A stretch of DNA of 37,502 nucleotides from an uncultured Ignavibacteriales bacterium (GCA_964611355.1 CAZSYD010000022.1:1-37502); one strand, 5' to 3'; counted from the stretch's first letter, positions 26,611-35,797 are shown. Program-made: numbers and translations. Notes: generated from the letters alone by a model not told the origin.

Positions 26611-26962
26611 TGACGAAATCTACATTCGGCGGCTGTATAAGGAGGAGTTCGAGCGCGACGGATACGAGGTTATCCCGGCCGCCGACGCCGACGAAGCTCT
26701 CCGGGCCATGACGGCAAAAGAGCCTGACCTGGTGATTCTTGATATCGAGTTGGAAAAGGAGAGCGGACTGCGGTTGCTCAACCGTATCAGGCAGGATTTC
26801 AGGGAATGCGCCGTGATCCTGAACACGGCTTATTCAACCTATAAGTCCGATTTTCAGACATGGCTGGCCGATGCCTACATCATGAAATCCTCCGATCTGA
26901 ATCCGCTGAAGGAAAAGGTTAAAGACCTCCTGGTGAAAGGTCCTTGTGGACACGAGCAGTGA
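26588..26962 (+). CDS. Single-domain response regulator
   Basis: ILVVDDE, LVILDI, NTAY and YIMKSSDL; the Asp, Thr and Lys catalytic residues are intact. Confidence 0.92.
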   Translation: MARILVVDDEIYIRRLYKEEFERDGYEVIPAADADEALRAMTAKEPDLVILDIELEKESGLRLLNRIRQDFRECAVILNTAYSTYKSDFQTWLADAYIMKSSDLNPLKEKVKDLLVKGPCGHEQ

Positions 26963-27338
26963 GGAAAAATTACGCGCAGAACAGGTCCGCCTGGCGCACA
27001 AGGCGGGCGAGCTGGCCGATGAGGTTAAACTTCTGGCCATAAATCTGGCTATCTCTCTGGCGGGGATTCGGGGCAAGGATAAAACCCTGAAGGAGCTGGA
27101 GCCGCATTTCACCGAGCTTATAAAAAAATCCAACGAGGCGTCACATCAGGTCGCCGATGTTCTCCGGGCTTTTCAAAATCAAAAAAAGATAATATATAGT
27201 CTGCCCGCATCATCGGAGATCGTTGCCAAACGGGGCGCATACGATAGACTTGAAGCCACTCTGAACCATATTTATGATTTAAGTCAGGAGATCATTAAGA
27301 CGATAACAATACTAAAAGGCCGGGAAAAAGTGGGGTAG
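26946..27338 (+). CDS. Small soluble protein resembling a degenerate MCP signalling-domain hairpin (GTG start)
   Basis: LADEVKLLAINLAISLA aligns without gaps to the MCP consensus [17 protein letters not shown]; 3 nt upstream of cheW. Confidence 0.65.
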   Translation: MDTSSEEKLRAEQVRLAHKAGELADEVKLLAINLAISLAGIRGKDKTLKELEPHFTELIKKSNEASHQVADVLRAFQNQKKIIYSLPASSEIVAKRGAYDRLEATLNHIYDLSQEIIKTITILKGREKVG

Positions 27339-27341
27339 TCG

Positions 27342-28184
27342 ATGCCGGTTGCACACAAAACGAAAAAGAAAGACGCAAAGACAACTTCTCGCCAACCGGC
27401 CAAAAAGGGAACGTCCCCAGAATCGGCTCAAGGCAGATCTGTCAAGACAGCCGCGCCGGGAGAGAAATCCAGAACCCGTAAAAAAGGAGTCGTAAAAAAA
27501 CACCCGGAATTGGATGTTCAAAGCCCGTTATTTTCGGCCGATGAGACGGGAGCCGGGGTGGGAACCGTCACCGCGGTCGAGGTCGACGATAAGCCGGAAA
27601 CTGCTGAGCCGGTTCGTGAAGAAATAGTCCCGTCGCCACCGGACGTTTATACTGATATGGGTTCTGCCGACCCGTCCATTGATTCTGAAAACGAGCACAC
27701 AAGCCCTGCTCCCGAAAAAGCGGCGGACGAACATGCCGGGAAACCCGAAGACATAGCCGCCGACGAACTTCAGCTGGTCTGCTTTTCGCTGGGTAATGAG
27801 GAGTATGGCGTTGATATTAACCGTGTGCAGGAAATTAACCGGATTGTCGAGATCAACGGCATTCCCGATACGGCTCCCTACGTCAAGGGCATAATCAATC
27901 TGCGTGGCCGAATCACTCCTGTTTTAGAACTCAGAACGTTATTGGGGCTTCCGAAAGTTGAATACGATAAACAGACCAGGATCATCGTTTTGCATAGCGG
28001 CGATTCTCTCACTGGCCTGGTGGTGGATAATGTTACGCAGGTTTTACGAATCCGGCATTCACGAATTGTCAGAACACCTGATCTGGCCTCCACGCCGGGC
28101 AAGGAGTTTTTGAAGGGTATATATAATCTGAATGGTTCGCTTATTCTGGTGCTTGATTGTGATTGGGTGCTTAATTTCAAATGA
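27342..28184 (+). CDS. cheW: CheW with a ~140-aa disordered N-terminal extension
   Basis: LQLVCFSLGNEEYGVDINRVQEI, VKGIINLRGRITPV and GLVVDNV. Confidence 0.92.
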   Translation: MPVAHKTKKKDAKTTSRQPAKKGTSPESAQGRSVKTAAPGEKSRTRKKGVVKKHPELDVQSPLFSADETGAGVGTVTAVEVDDKPETAEPVREEIVPSPPDVYTDMGSADPSIDSENEHTSPAPEKAADEHAGKPEDIAADELQLVCFSLGNEEYGVDINRVQEINRIVEINGIPDTAPYVKGIINLRGRITPVLELRTLLGLPKVEYDKQTRIIVLHSGDSLTGLVVDNVTQVLRIRHSRIVRTPDLASTPGKEFLKGIYNLNGSLILVLDCDWVLNFK

Positions 28185-28263
28185 ATAGTGTCAAGGTCGG
28201 CCGGTCAATGGCCATCGGGAATAAATATCCCGGGGCCGCGCAAATAACCTTCATAGGGAGAAT

Positions 28264-28683
28264 ATGGCGGGGATGAAAGCTCACGATTTAATGCGCAAAA
28301 GAAACGGCCGGCCGCTTAGAATCCTTGTCGTTGATGACGAGGAAAATGTCAGGAATGTATTCCGGGATTTTTGCCGGTCATCGCCGCTGTTTGATGTTGT
28401 GACGGCTCAGGGAGGCCACGAAGCAATTGAACTGATCGAAAAAGAGAAATTCGATATAGTAACTATCGACCTGGTGATGCCGGAAGTTTCCGGTCTGGAG
28501 GCGATTGAAGCGATAAAGGCGCGGAAACCCCATCTGCCGATGGTAATTGTCACCGGAAATGCAACCGACAATCTTATCCTGAAGGCCGGTCAACTGGGCG
28601 GTTGCCGCGTTTTGCACAAACCGGTCGGTATTGATGAGTTTCTCGACGAATTGATCGATTTGGCGGAAGAAAAGCTTGGCTAA
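28264..28683 (+). CDS. Single-domain response regulator
   Basis: ILVVDDE, IDLVMPEVSG, IVTG and HKP. Confidence 0.9.
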   Translation: MAGMKAHDLMRKRNGRPLRILVVDDEENVRNVFRDFCRSSPLFDVVTAQGGHEAIELIEKEKFDIVTIDLVMPEVSGLEAIEAIKARKPHLPMVIVTGNATDNLILKAGQLGGCRVLHKPVGIDEFLDELIDLAEEKLG

Positions 28684-28697
28684 AGTGCTGCCGCGGC

Positions 28698-28724
28698 TCA
28701 ATTTTTTTCGATATTTCCCGATTT
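28698..28724 (+). promoter_or_regulatory. Possible sigma28-type promoter for the last receiver gene and fapA
   Basis: TCAA-15 nt-CCCGATTT in the intergenic gap; imperfect match to TAAA-N15-GCCGATAA. Confidence 0.35.
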
Positions 28725-28761
28725 ATTAGATGAATAGCTACAACCTGTGGTGAGGACTTCA

Positions 28762-29163
28762 ATGAAGAAAGATGTCTCGATTCTCGTGGTCGATGACGAG
28801 GAGATACTTCGGGATATCCTGGCCGGGATCCTTGTTAAGAAAGGATATGCGGTAGATACGGCGGAAGATGGCGAGGATGCTCTGGAAAAGCTCAGAAACA
28901 AAAGGTATAACCTTTTAATTTTGGATGTCAAAATGCCTCGTCTGAATGGATTTGAACTCCTCAAGTTGGCCAGGAAGGAGTATCCGGATATTGGCGTAAT
29001 AATGATGACCGCCTACGGCGATACTTATACGGTGAAGGATGCCCTCCTTCTGGGAGCCGATGAATACATAACCAAGCCGTTTAAAAGTTTTGAGATAAAC
29101 CTTATTGTCGAGCGGGCTTACTGGCGGATTATATCCTCACGCAAAGATGTAGCCTGCAGTTAA
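28762..29163 (+). CDS. Single-domain response regulator (NtrC-like receiver)
   Basis: ATG 28762 with SD GAGGA; ILVVDDE, LDVKMP, MMTAYG and YITKPF. Confidence 0.92.
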   Translation: MKKDVSILVVDDEEILRDILAGILVKKGYAVDTAEDGEDALEKLRNKRYNLLILDVKMPRLNGFELLKLARKEYPDIGVIMMTAYGDTYTVKDALLLGADEYITKPFKSFEINLIVERAYWRIISSRKDVACS

Positions 29164-29176
29164 GGGGAGAAACGCA

Positions 29177-30619
29177 GTGTCTCAGGCAACGACACCGAAT
29201 CAACACCGGGAACAGGATACGGTTGAAAAGGAAATCAGGATCACAGTCGCTTCCGGCAAATTGACTGCGTGGGTTGACGTGCCGTGGCCGGCGGAAGGAC
29301 AAAAGCCTCCCAATCCTGAAGATATAAAGAACGCTCTTCAAAAGAAGAATATCGCGTTCGGCATTGACGAAAAAGCCGTCAATGATATCGTGAATAATTC
29401 CATATTCGACAAAGATGTCGTGGTCGCTCGCGGAAAGGATCCGGTTTCCGGAAACGACGCCCGCCTGATTTTCAAGTTTGACAAGGTTCAGGAGCTTAAG
29501 CCGAAAGAGGATGCGGAAGGCCGCATCGATTACAAGGATATTGATTTCGTACAAAACGCCACCAGGGATCAGGTACTTGTGGAGAAAGTCCCACCGACGG
29601 AGGGAGTCCCCGGAACCGACGTTTTTGGAGAACCGGTGTCGGCCCGATCCGGACGCGACGTAAAACTGCCGGCCGGCCCAAACACAAAAGCTTCCGAGGA
29701 TGGTCTGAAACTACTGGCGGCCATTGACGGAGCCGTTGTTTATGCCGGCAAGATGGTTAAGATCAACGACGTCCATACTATCGGCGGTGATATTTGCGCG
29801 GAAACCGGAAATATTCGTCATAATGGGTCCCTCATAATCAGGGGCAAGGTTGATTCCGGATTTGAAGTTATTGCCAAGGGAGATATTGAAGTTGCCAAGA
29901 ATGTTGACGACGCCAAGATCGTAAGCGGCGGTAATATTATGGTCAAAGGGGGCTTTTTGGGAAGCCGCAGCGGGTTTCTGAAGGCTGCGGGCGACATCCA
30001 CTGCAAGTACATAAATGATCAGATAGTCGATGCGGGCGGTAGTGTTTATATAGGCGGGGAAGCCTTCAATAGCCTGATAACCGCAAAAGACGGGGTTTTT
30101 GTCTCGGGCCAGAAAGGGAGGATCGTCGGCGGCGGGGTGATGGCCGGAGATGAAATTAAAGCCACCTGCCTGGGATCAGACGCAGGAACGCGGACCGAAT
30201 TGCAGGTAGCCTATGATGCCAGGTTGATGAAGCAATATAACGAAATTGTATCTGAGTCAAAGGCTCTCGACGAAAATGCCGAACGGGTCAAAGAGGGTTT
30301 GTACGTATTCTATCGTCTTCAGATGGACAATAAACTAACGACCCAAAAACAGAAGGCCCTGGAAAAGCTGGAAGAATTCAAAAAGAACCTGCCTAAGGCA
30401 AAAGAGGAATTGCAGGCCAAAAGGGAAGCTATCGAAATGGAAATTCAAAAAAACAAACGGGCGCGGATTGTAGCGGCCCAGAAGGTATATCCCGGCGTTG
30501 TCCTGCAATTCGGCATAATTTATAAGGAAATTACCGACGAAATGGGTCCCACCATCTTCCAGCTTGAGGGAGCCGCTATCATTCGGAAAGAATACAAACC
30601 CGGCAAAGACGACTCCTAA
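29177..30619 (+). CDS. fapA: FapA/DUF342 family flagellar assembly protein (GTG start)
   Basis: GRIDYKD...KVPPTEGVPGTDVFG...LLAAIDG...TGNIRHNGSLIIRG, then beta-helix repeats and a coiled coil. Confidence 0.88.
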   Translation: MSQATTPNQHREQDTVEKEIRITVASGKLTAWVDVPWPAEGQKPPNPEDIKNALQKKNIAFGIDEKAVNDIVNNSIFDKDVVVARGKDPVSGNDARLIFKFDKVQELKPKEDAEGRIDYKDIDFVQNATRDQVLVEKVPPTEGVPGTDVFGEPVSARSGRDVKLPAGPNTKASEDGLKLLAAIDGAVVYAGKMVKINDVHTIGGDICAETGNIRHNGSLIIRGKVDSGFEVIAKGDIEVAKNVDDAKIVSGGNIMVKGGFLGSRSGFLKAAGDIHCKYINDQIVDAGGSVYIGGEAFNSLITAKDGVFVSGQKGRIVGGGVMAGDEIKATCLGSDAGTRTELQVAYDARLMKQYNEIVSESKALDENAERVKEGLYVFYRLQMDNKLTTQKQKALEKLEEFKKNLPKAKEELQAKREAIEMEIQKNKRARIVAAQKVYPGVVLQFGIIYKEITDEMGPTIFQLEGAAIIRKEYKPGKDDS

Positions 30620-30944
30620 TAAGTAGTCTTCCCTGAAGAAGTCACAAATCTTTCTTGATCTTAGCCTTACATTGGAATCGGCGGGTATCGGATTGCAACG
30701 GAACAGGTAATCTCTTTAGAAGGATTGCGAATTATGGCCTTAAAGAACACCTCTGATTCCCAAGGCAATCTGTTTTAGAGTCGTTTGGAAACAATCAAAA
30801 ACATTAATAACCAGTTTGTCAAGCTTTGCCATTATACTAACCGGGCGAGTTTGGATGAACGGTCCGGCAAGTTGTACATGGGGGGTTTCGGACGTCCCGG
30901 GCTTCCTGACCTGCTATCATCCGTATAAGCAGGATAAAAACGGC

Positions 30945-30973
30945 TTGCTAAGTGACTGCCTATTTGATATGTT
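30945..30973 (+). promoter_or_regulatory. Putative sigma70 promoter for the DAACS transporter
   Basis: TTGCTA-17 nt-TATGTT with an extended -10 TG. Confidence 0.45.
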
Positions 30974-31009
30974 TCCGGTTGACTCATAATAGGATGGAAC
31001 GGATTAATT

Positions 31010-33325
31010 ATGTATGATCGAACTGGAAACTACCTGATTGTTGCTATTCTGATCGGTATGGTTCTGGGTGTGGTTGTGGTAGCTCTTTTCGGAGAAGCTG
31101 CCCTTTCTGTTAAATTCCTGGGCGATATATTCCTGAACGCCCTGAGAATGGTTGTTATTCCGCTTCTGTTTTGCTCCATGATTGTTGGTATTACCAGTCT
31201 TGGTGATATTCGCAAACTGGGACGGACGGGGCTTAAAACAATCCTCTATTTTCTTGCCACCAGCTCAATTGCGGTGGCTATTGGCCTGATTCTGGTCAAT
31301 ATTTTTCAGCCGGGCGTCGGCGTCAGCATTGGCGGTGCGGCTGAACCTGCGGTAGCCTCCTACTCCTTTTTTGACTGGCTTATCGCACAGATACCTTCAA
31401 ACCTCATTGCAGCCGCCGCCGAAACCAAGGTTTTACCGATTATCATCTTCGCCCTCTTTTTTGGTGGGGTTCTAACCACCATCGGTAGCAAGGGAAGACC
31501 GGTCATTGCGTTTTTTGAAGGCCTTAATGAGGCCATCATGAAACTTGTCCACATTATTATGTGGTTTGCGCCGATCGGTATTTTTGGCCTGGTAGCCGGG
31601 CAACTGGCTTTGCAGGGCGGCTTAAGCGAATTTTCGTCCGTTCTCTCGGGCCTGGGTAAATATGCCCTGGTGGTCATCCTCGGTCTTTTGCTTCATGGTG
31701 TGCTCGTTCTGCCGTCGATCTTAAAATTTATGGGGGGCAAGAATCCGATTGAGTATCTGGTTGGGATGTCCCAGGCGCTGGTGACCGCTTTGGCAACCGC
31801 CTCGTCCTCGGCGACTTTACCGGTTACAATCGAGTGCGTCGAGGAAAAAAACGACATTGACCGGCGATCGTCGTCATTCGTACTGCCGCTGGGGGCAACC
31901 ATCAACATGGATGGCACCGCCCTGTACGAAGCGGTGGCGGCCATTTTTATTGCGCAAGCGTACGGCATCGATTTGTCGATTCTGCAACAAATAACGATCT
32001 TTGCGACGGCGATTCTGGCATCGGTCGGCGCGGCCGGGATTCCCGAAGCCGGACTGGTTACCATGGTCTTGGTTCTGCAGGCGGTTGGTTTGCCGCTGGA
32101 GGGCATCGGCCTGATACTGGCCATAGACTGGTTCCTCGATCGTTGCCGCACTGCGGTCAACGTCTGGGGCGATTCTATCGGCGCCGCCGTGATTGCCACT
32201 ACCGCTGAAATCGGCCTTGTGGATCGACGCAGGCTGAAGGTTGGCGGACCGGAACGGACAACCCGGATGAAAAAGCCGAGCCGTCGGGAAGAGGCCAGGG
32301 AAAGATACGGGACACCGGCTGCACCGCGGAAAACGGGTAAAGAGCGTGCTTCCTCCCGTACCGGGAAATCGGGCGGAATGATGAACAGGATTACGCGTCG
32401 AGAAGCTTCTTCGGAAAAGGAAAAAAAGCCTCGAGTTGAAAAACGTACTGTGCTGAAAGATCGCACAGGTGCCGGGTTTAGCGCGTCGGATCGGCGGGAA
32501 ATGTACAAACCGACCGGTCCTGAGCAGGCGGCGACTGAGGCTGATAAGTATCAGCAGCGATCAGTCAGGGGAAAACCGGATGAGGACGGGGCTTCTCTCC
32601 AGGCAACCGAAAAGCGCCGGGAACGACCGGCGCGGTCAAAACCAACCTACGGTAGAAAGCCTTTTCATGGCCGTCCGAGCCGGTCGGTTCCGCGCGAAGG
32701 CGAAAAAAAGCCGCCTGAACCGGAAACGAAGGAAACTCCTGTCTTGCTTGAGCAGTCTGCTGGCAGGGACAAGGGAAATAGATTCATAATCCCGAAATTC
32801 CCAAAAAAGATACTGGAAGAACTGACCACCGCCGACGACCAGAAGAAATCGCTTCCTCCACGCCTTGTTGATGGGGATGCCAAACATCCTCTTCGCCATG
32901 AGGAAGGAGAAAAACAATCAACCCCCGCCGCACCGTCTTCTGTTAAGCCGGATTTGAGCCTGACTCCCGCCGAAAAACCCAAACCGGCGGCGGATGTCTT
33001 CTCCCGTCTGGATGAAATGGTTATGGGGGACTTACCACCATCGAAAACAAGGGAAGAAACCGAATTGCCGACTCCCGAAACCGAAATGCCCAAATCCGAG
33101 GAAAAAGCAGAGCCCGCTACGGTTCTATCCAAGGTAGATGATACGAAGGAATCAGCCCCGGAACCATCCGAGGGCAGCACTGATCATCAGGGCGCTCAGG
33201 AAAGTGCTGATGATGCCCGGGATAAATCCGATAAAGCCGATGCTGATTCCGGGGAGAGTAAGCCCGATGACGGCGATATACAGAAGAAATGGGGCCGGGC
33301 CAAACGGAAAAAAACCAGCCGATAG
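31010..33325 (+). CDS. Dicarboxylate/amino acid:cation symporter (DAACS, GltP/GltT-like) with a ~370-aa disordered C-terminal tail
   Basis: ATASSSATLP, GATINMDGT, GAAGIP and DWFLDRCRTAVNVWGD; the membrane domain ends near residue 400. Confidence 0.93.
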   Translation: MYDRTGNYLIVAILIGMVLGVVVVALFGEAALSVKFLGDIFLNALRMVVIPLLFCSMIVGITSLGDIRKLGRTGLKTILYFLATSSIAVAIGLILVNIFQPGVGVSIGGAAEPAVASYSFFDWLIAQIPSNLIAAAAETKVLPIIIFALFFGGVLTTIGSKGRPVIAFFEGLNEAIMKLVHIIMWFAPIGIFGLVAGQLALQGGLSEFSSVLSGLGKYALVVILGLLLHGVLVLPSILKFMGGKNPIEYLVGMSQALVTALATASSSATLPVTIECVEEKNDIDRRSSSFVLPLGATINMDGTALYEAVAAIFIAQAYGIDLSILQQITIFATAILASVGAAGIPEAGLVTMVLVLQAVGLPLEGIGLILAIDWFLDRCRTAVNVWGDSIGAAVIATTAEIGLVDRRRLKVGGPERTTRMKKPSRREEARERYGTPAAPRKTGKERASSRTGKSGGMMNRITRREASSEKEKKPRVEKRTVLKDRTGAGFSASDRREMYKPTGPEQAATEADKYQQRSVRGKPDEDGASLQATEKRRERPARSKPTYGRKPFHGRPSRSVPREGEKKPPEPETKETPVLLEQSAGRDKGNRFIIPKFPKKILEELTTADDQKKSLPPRLVDGDAKHPLRHEEGEKQSTPAAPSSVKPDLSLTPAEKPKPAADVFSRLDEMVMGDLPPSKTREETELPTPETEMPKSEEKAEPATVLSKVDDTKESAPEPSEGSTDHQGAQESADDARDKSDKADADSGESKPDDGDIQKKWGRAKRKKTSR

Positions 33326-33342
33326 AAGAAATAGCAACAGGT

Positions 33343-33377
33343 AAAAAGCCGGCCGGGGTGTTCCAGCCGGCTTTTTT
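33343..33377 (+). terminator. Intrinsic terminator, possibly bidirectional
   Basis: AAAAAGCCGGC...GCCGGCTTTTTT, starting 18 nt after the transporter stop. Confidence 0.85.
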
Positions 33378-33545
33378 GTGGGGGGTGCGAAGGAAACCTT
33401 TCAATAGCTTCCGAGCTTTGCCTTTTTTCTCGGAAAGGCTGCCTTGGTATTCTTTCAATGAATTGACGCAAACAAAGCGATATTGTCCAATTTTTCGTAG
33501 AAACCCTGCAAACTTTTCCGGGTTTTTTGCGGCATATAATTACAC

Positions 33546-33575
33546 TTGACAGGCAGTCGATTATCCTGCAATATT
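33546..33575 (+). promoter_or_regulatory. Putative sigma70 promoter for htpX
   Basis: Perfect TTGACA, then TG-n-AATATT at 18-nt spacing. Confidence 0.4.
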
Positions 33576-33592
33576 AAAGGGGAAGGACAACG

Positions 33593-34456
33593 ATGAACAA
33601 CCTTAAAGTAACTTTTCTGCTGGTTGCCCTGACAATCCTTTTTATCGGCATCGGGTATGGTTTTGGCGGTCAGCGCGGTATGATTATAGCCTTCGTTCTG
33701 GCGCTGGTAATGAACTTTGGCTCTTACTGGTTTTCCGACAAGATTGTCCTGAAACTGTATCGCGCCCGACCGGCTACCGAGCGAGACGACGGCCGTGTGC
33801 TTCGGATTGTCCGGTACGCCGCCCAGAAAGGTTTCCTGCCGGAACCGAAGGTTTACGTGATTCCCACGCAGGCGCCGAATGCCTTTGCGACCGGCCGCAA
33901 CAAAAATCACGCGGCCGTGGCGGTCACCGAAGGATTGATAAAAATTCTCAGAGACGACGAACTTGAAGGAGTTATCGGGCACGAACTGGCGCACATAAGA
34001 AACAAGGATATTCTAATCGGCTCTATAGTGGCCACTATTGCGGGTGCTATCGGGATACTGGCTACCATGGCGCGGTGGGGGGCGATTTTCGGCGGTTATG
34101 GTCGATCTAACGAACGCGGCGGCGGAAATATATTTACGCTTCTGGCGATGGCTATCGTTGCGCCTCTGGCGGCCATGGTAATTCAAATGGCGATTTCTCG
34201 CATGCGCGAATATAAGGCCGACCGGATCGGCGCAGGAATAACCGGCAAGCCGCTGGCCCTCGCTTCGGCTCTTGATAAATTGCACCGGGCGCCGGTGCGC
34301 CTTAATCTGGACCAGCGGCCCGCCACGGCGCACCTGTTTATCGCCAACCCGCTTTCCGGAAAAGGTTTGACCAACCTGTTCTCAACCCACCCGCCGGTTA
34401 AGGAACGAATCAAACGATTGCAGGAACTGGCGGCCTCGGGAATGCCCATTATATAA
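33593..34456 (+). CDS. htpX: Zinc metalloprotease HtpX (M48)
   Basis: PNAFATGRN, HELAH, ISRMREYKAD and LFSTHPP. Confidence 0.96.
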   Translation: MNNLKVTFLLVALTILFIGIGYGFGGQRGMIIAFVLALVMNFGSYWFSDKIVLKLYRARPATERDDGRVLRIVRYAAQKGFLPEPKVYVIPTQAPNAFATGRNKNHAAVAVTEGLIKILRDDELEGVIGHELAHIRNKDILIGSIVATIAGAIGILATMARWGAIFGGYGRSNERGGGNIFTLLAMAIVAPLAAMVIQMAISRMREYKADRIGAGITGKPLALASALDKLHRAPVRLNLDQRPATAHLFIANPLSGKGLTNLFSTHPPVKERIKRLQELAASGMPII

Positions 34457-34498
34457 GGAGACCAGTATCGACTGGAAGGTTCAAACTTCCGGCCCATT

Positions 34499-35797
34499 AT
34501 GGATTCCACTCTGATAGTTCTGGAGTTGTTGGCGATTTTTATTCTTATACTCGCCAACGGCTTTTTTGCCGCTTCTGAGTTTGCCCTTATCGCCGCTCGC
34601 AAAAGTCGGATCAAGAGTTGGGTCAAAAAGGGCAACAAAAAGGCGGTCCGCACCCAGAAACTTCTTCAACGTCCCGATCGTTTTCTGGCCGCTATCCAGG
34701 TCGGCATAACTTTTGTGGCCACGCTTGCCGGCGTCTTTGGCGGCGCCACCCTGGTACAGGTTTTGGTTCCTATCTTCAAACGGGTTCCGATTGATATAAT
34801 TAACAGTGCCCCTGAACCGATGGCGATTGCGGTTATTGTTATAGTCATAACTTTTCTATCGGTTGTAGTGGGAGAACTAATCCCCAAGTACCTGGCTCTG
34901 GCCAATCCCGAATCGATTGCCTTGCGGGTTACGCGGCCGATCGCGCTGTTTTCACGATTGGCGTTTTTTCTGGTCGGTTTCCTTAGTTTTTTCGCCCGGC
35001 TTATTCTAAAGATTTTCGGATTTTCAAAAACCCCGGAAAGGTCGTATATCACCGAAGAAGAAATAAATATCATGATTTCGGAAGGAATCGAAAAAGGGGC
35101 TTTCGACCGAACCGAACAAAAACTTATTAAATCGGTTTTTGATTTTACGGATATTACCGTGCGGCAGTCGATGACGCCGAGGGTTGATATCATCGGTATC
35201 CGGCTCGACTGGAAAAAAGAAAAAATCCTCGATATTATGACGACCACCGGGTTCTCACGCTATCCGGTATATGAAGATTTTATTGACGAAATTGTCGGTG
35301 TGGTTTACGCTAAAGATATTATTTCAATGGTAACCGTCGGCGGGCCGCTTATCTTGCGAGATATTATTCGCAAGCCGCTTTTTATCCCCGATTCGATGCC
35401 GCTGACGGTTCTTTTGCGCAAATTCCAGAAGCGCAAAATCCATATCGCTCTCGTGCTGGATGAATTCGGCGGCACGGCCGGGTTGATTACTCTCGAAGAT
35501 ATTCTCGAGGAAATCGTGGGCGATATTCAGGATGAGCATGATTACATGCAGCCGGAGTTTGTGGCGCATTCCGGAAAAATCGCTTTTGCCGCCGGATCGC
35601 TAAGGCCGGATGAACTCAACGATCAGTTCGGCACCAACCTGCCCGAAGACGAATACGACACGCTGGCCGGGTATATGATAGAAAAGCTGGGCCATGTTCC
35701 CGACCTGGCCGAAGAGTTGACCGTTAAGAAGCTCAGGTTCAAAGTTCTTGAAATAGACGGCAGCCGGATCAAACGAATTCGAATCGAGAAAATATAG
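34499..35797 (+). CDS. CNNM/HlyC/CorC family protein (DUF21, CBS pair, CorC_HlyC domain)
   Basis: NGFFAASEFA, GELIPK, MTPRVD, FSRYPVY and DEFGGTAGLITLEDILEEIVGDIQDEHD. Confidence 0.95.
   Translation: MDSTLIVLELLAIFILILANGFFAASEFALIAARKSRIKSWVKKGNKKAVRTQKLLQRPDRFLAAIQVGITFVATLAGVFGGATLVQVLVPIFKRVPIDIINSAPEPMAIAVIVIVITFLSVVVGELIPKYLALANPESIALRVTRPIALFSRLAFFLVGFLSFFARLILKIFGFSKTPERSYITEEEINIMISEGIEKGAFDRTEQKLIKSVFDFTDITVRQSMTPRVDIIGIRLDWKKEKILDIMTTTGFSRYPVYEDFIDEIVGVVYAKDIISMVTVGGPLILRDIIRKPLFIPDSMPLTVLLRKFQKRKIHIALVLDEFGGTAGLITLEDILEEIVGDIQDEHDYMQPEFVAHSGKIAFAAGSLRPDELNDQFGTNLPEDEYDTLAGYMIEKLGHVPDLAEELTVKKLRFKVLEIDGSRIKRIRIEKI

Noticed and set aside
26588..29163. Labelling any of the three receivers as cheY
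   Set aside because: They are stand-alone receivers but look like generic or NtrC-type domains; no cheA is adjacent and CheY-specific features cannot be confirmed by eye.
30734..30778. 14-codon ORF MALKNTSDSQGNLF ending in a clamp-binding-like QxxLF
   Set aside because: Too short, with a weak SD and no conservation evidence; likely chance.
30620..30830. Minus-strand promoter (TTGACA-17-TTTGAT) and possible antisense or small RNA after fapA
   Set aside because: The -10 is poor, and no terminator or convincing structure follows.
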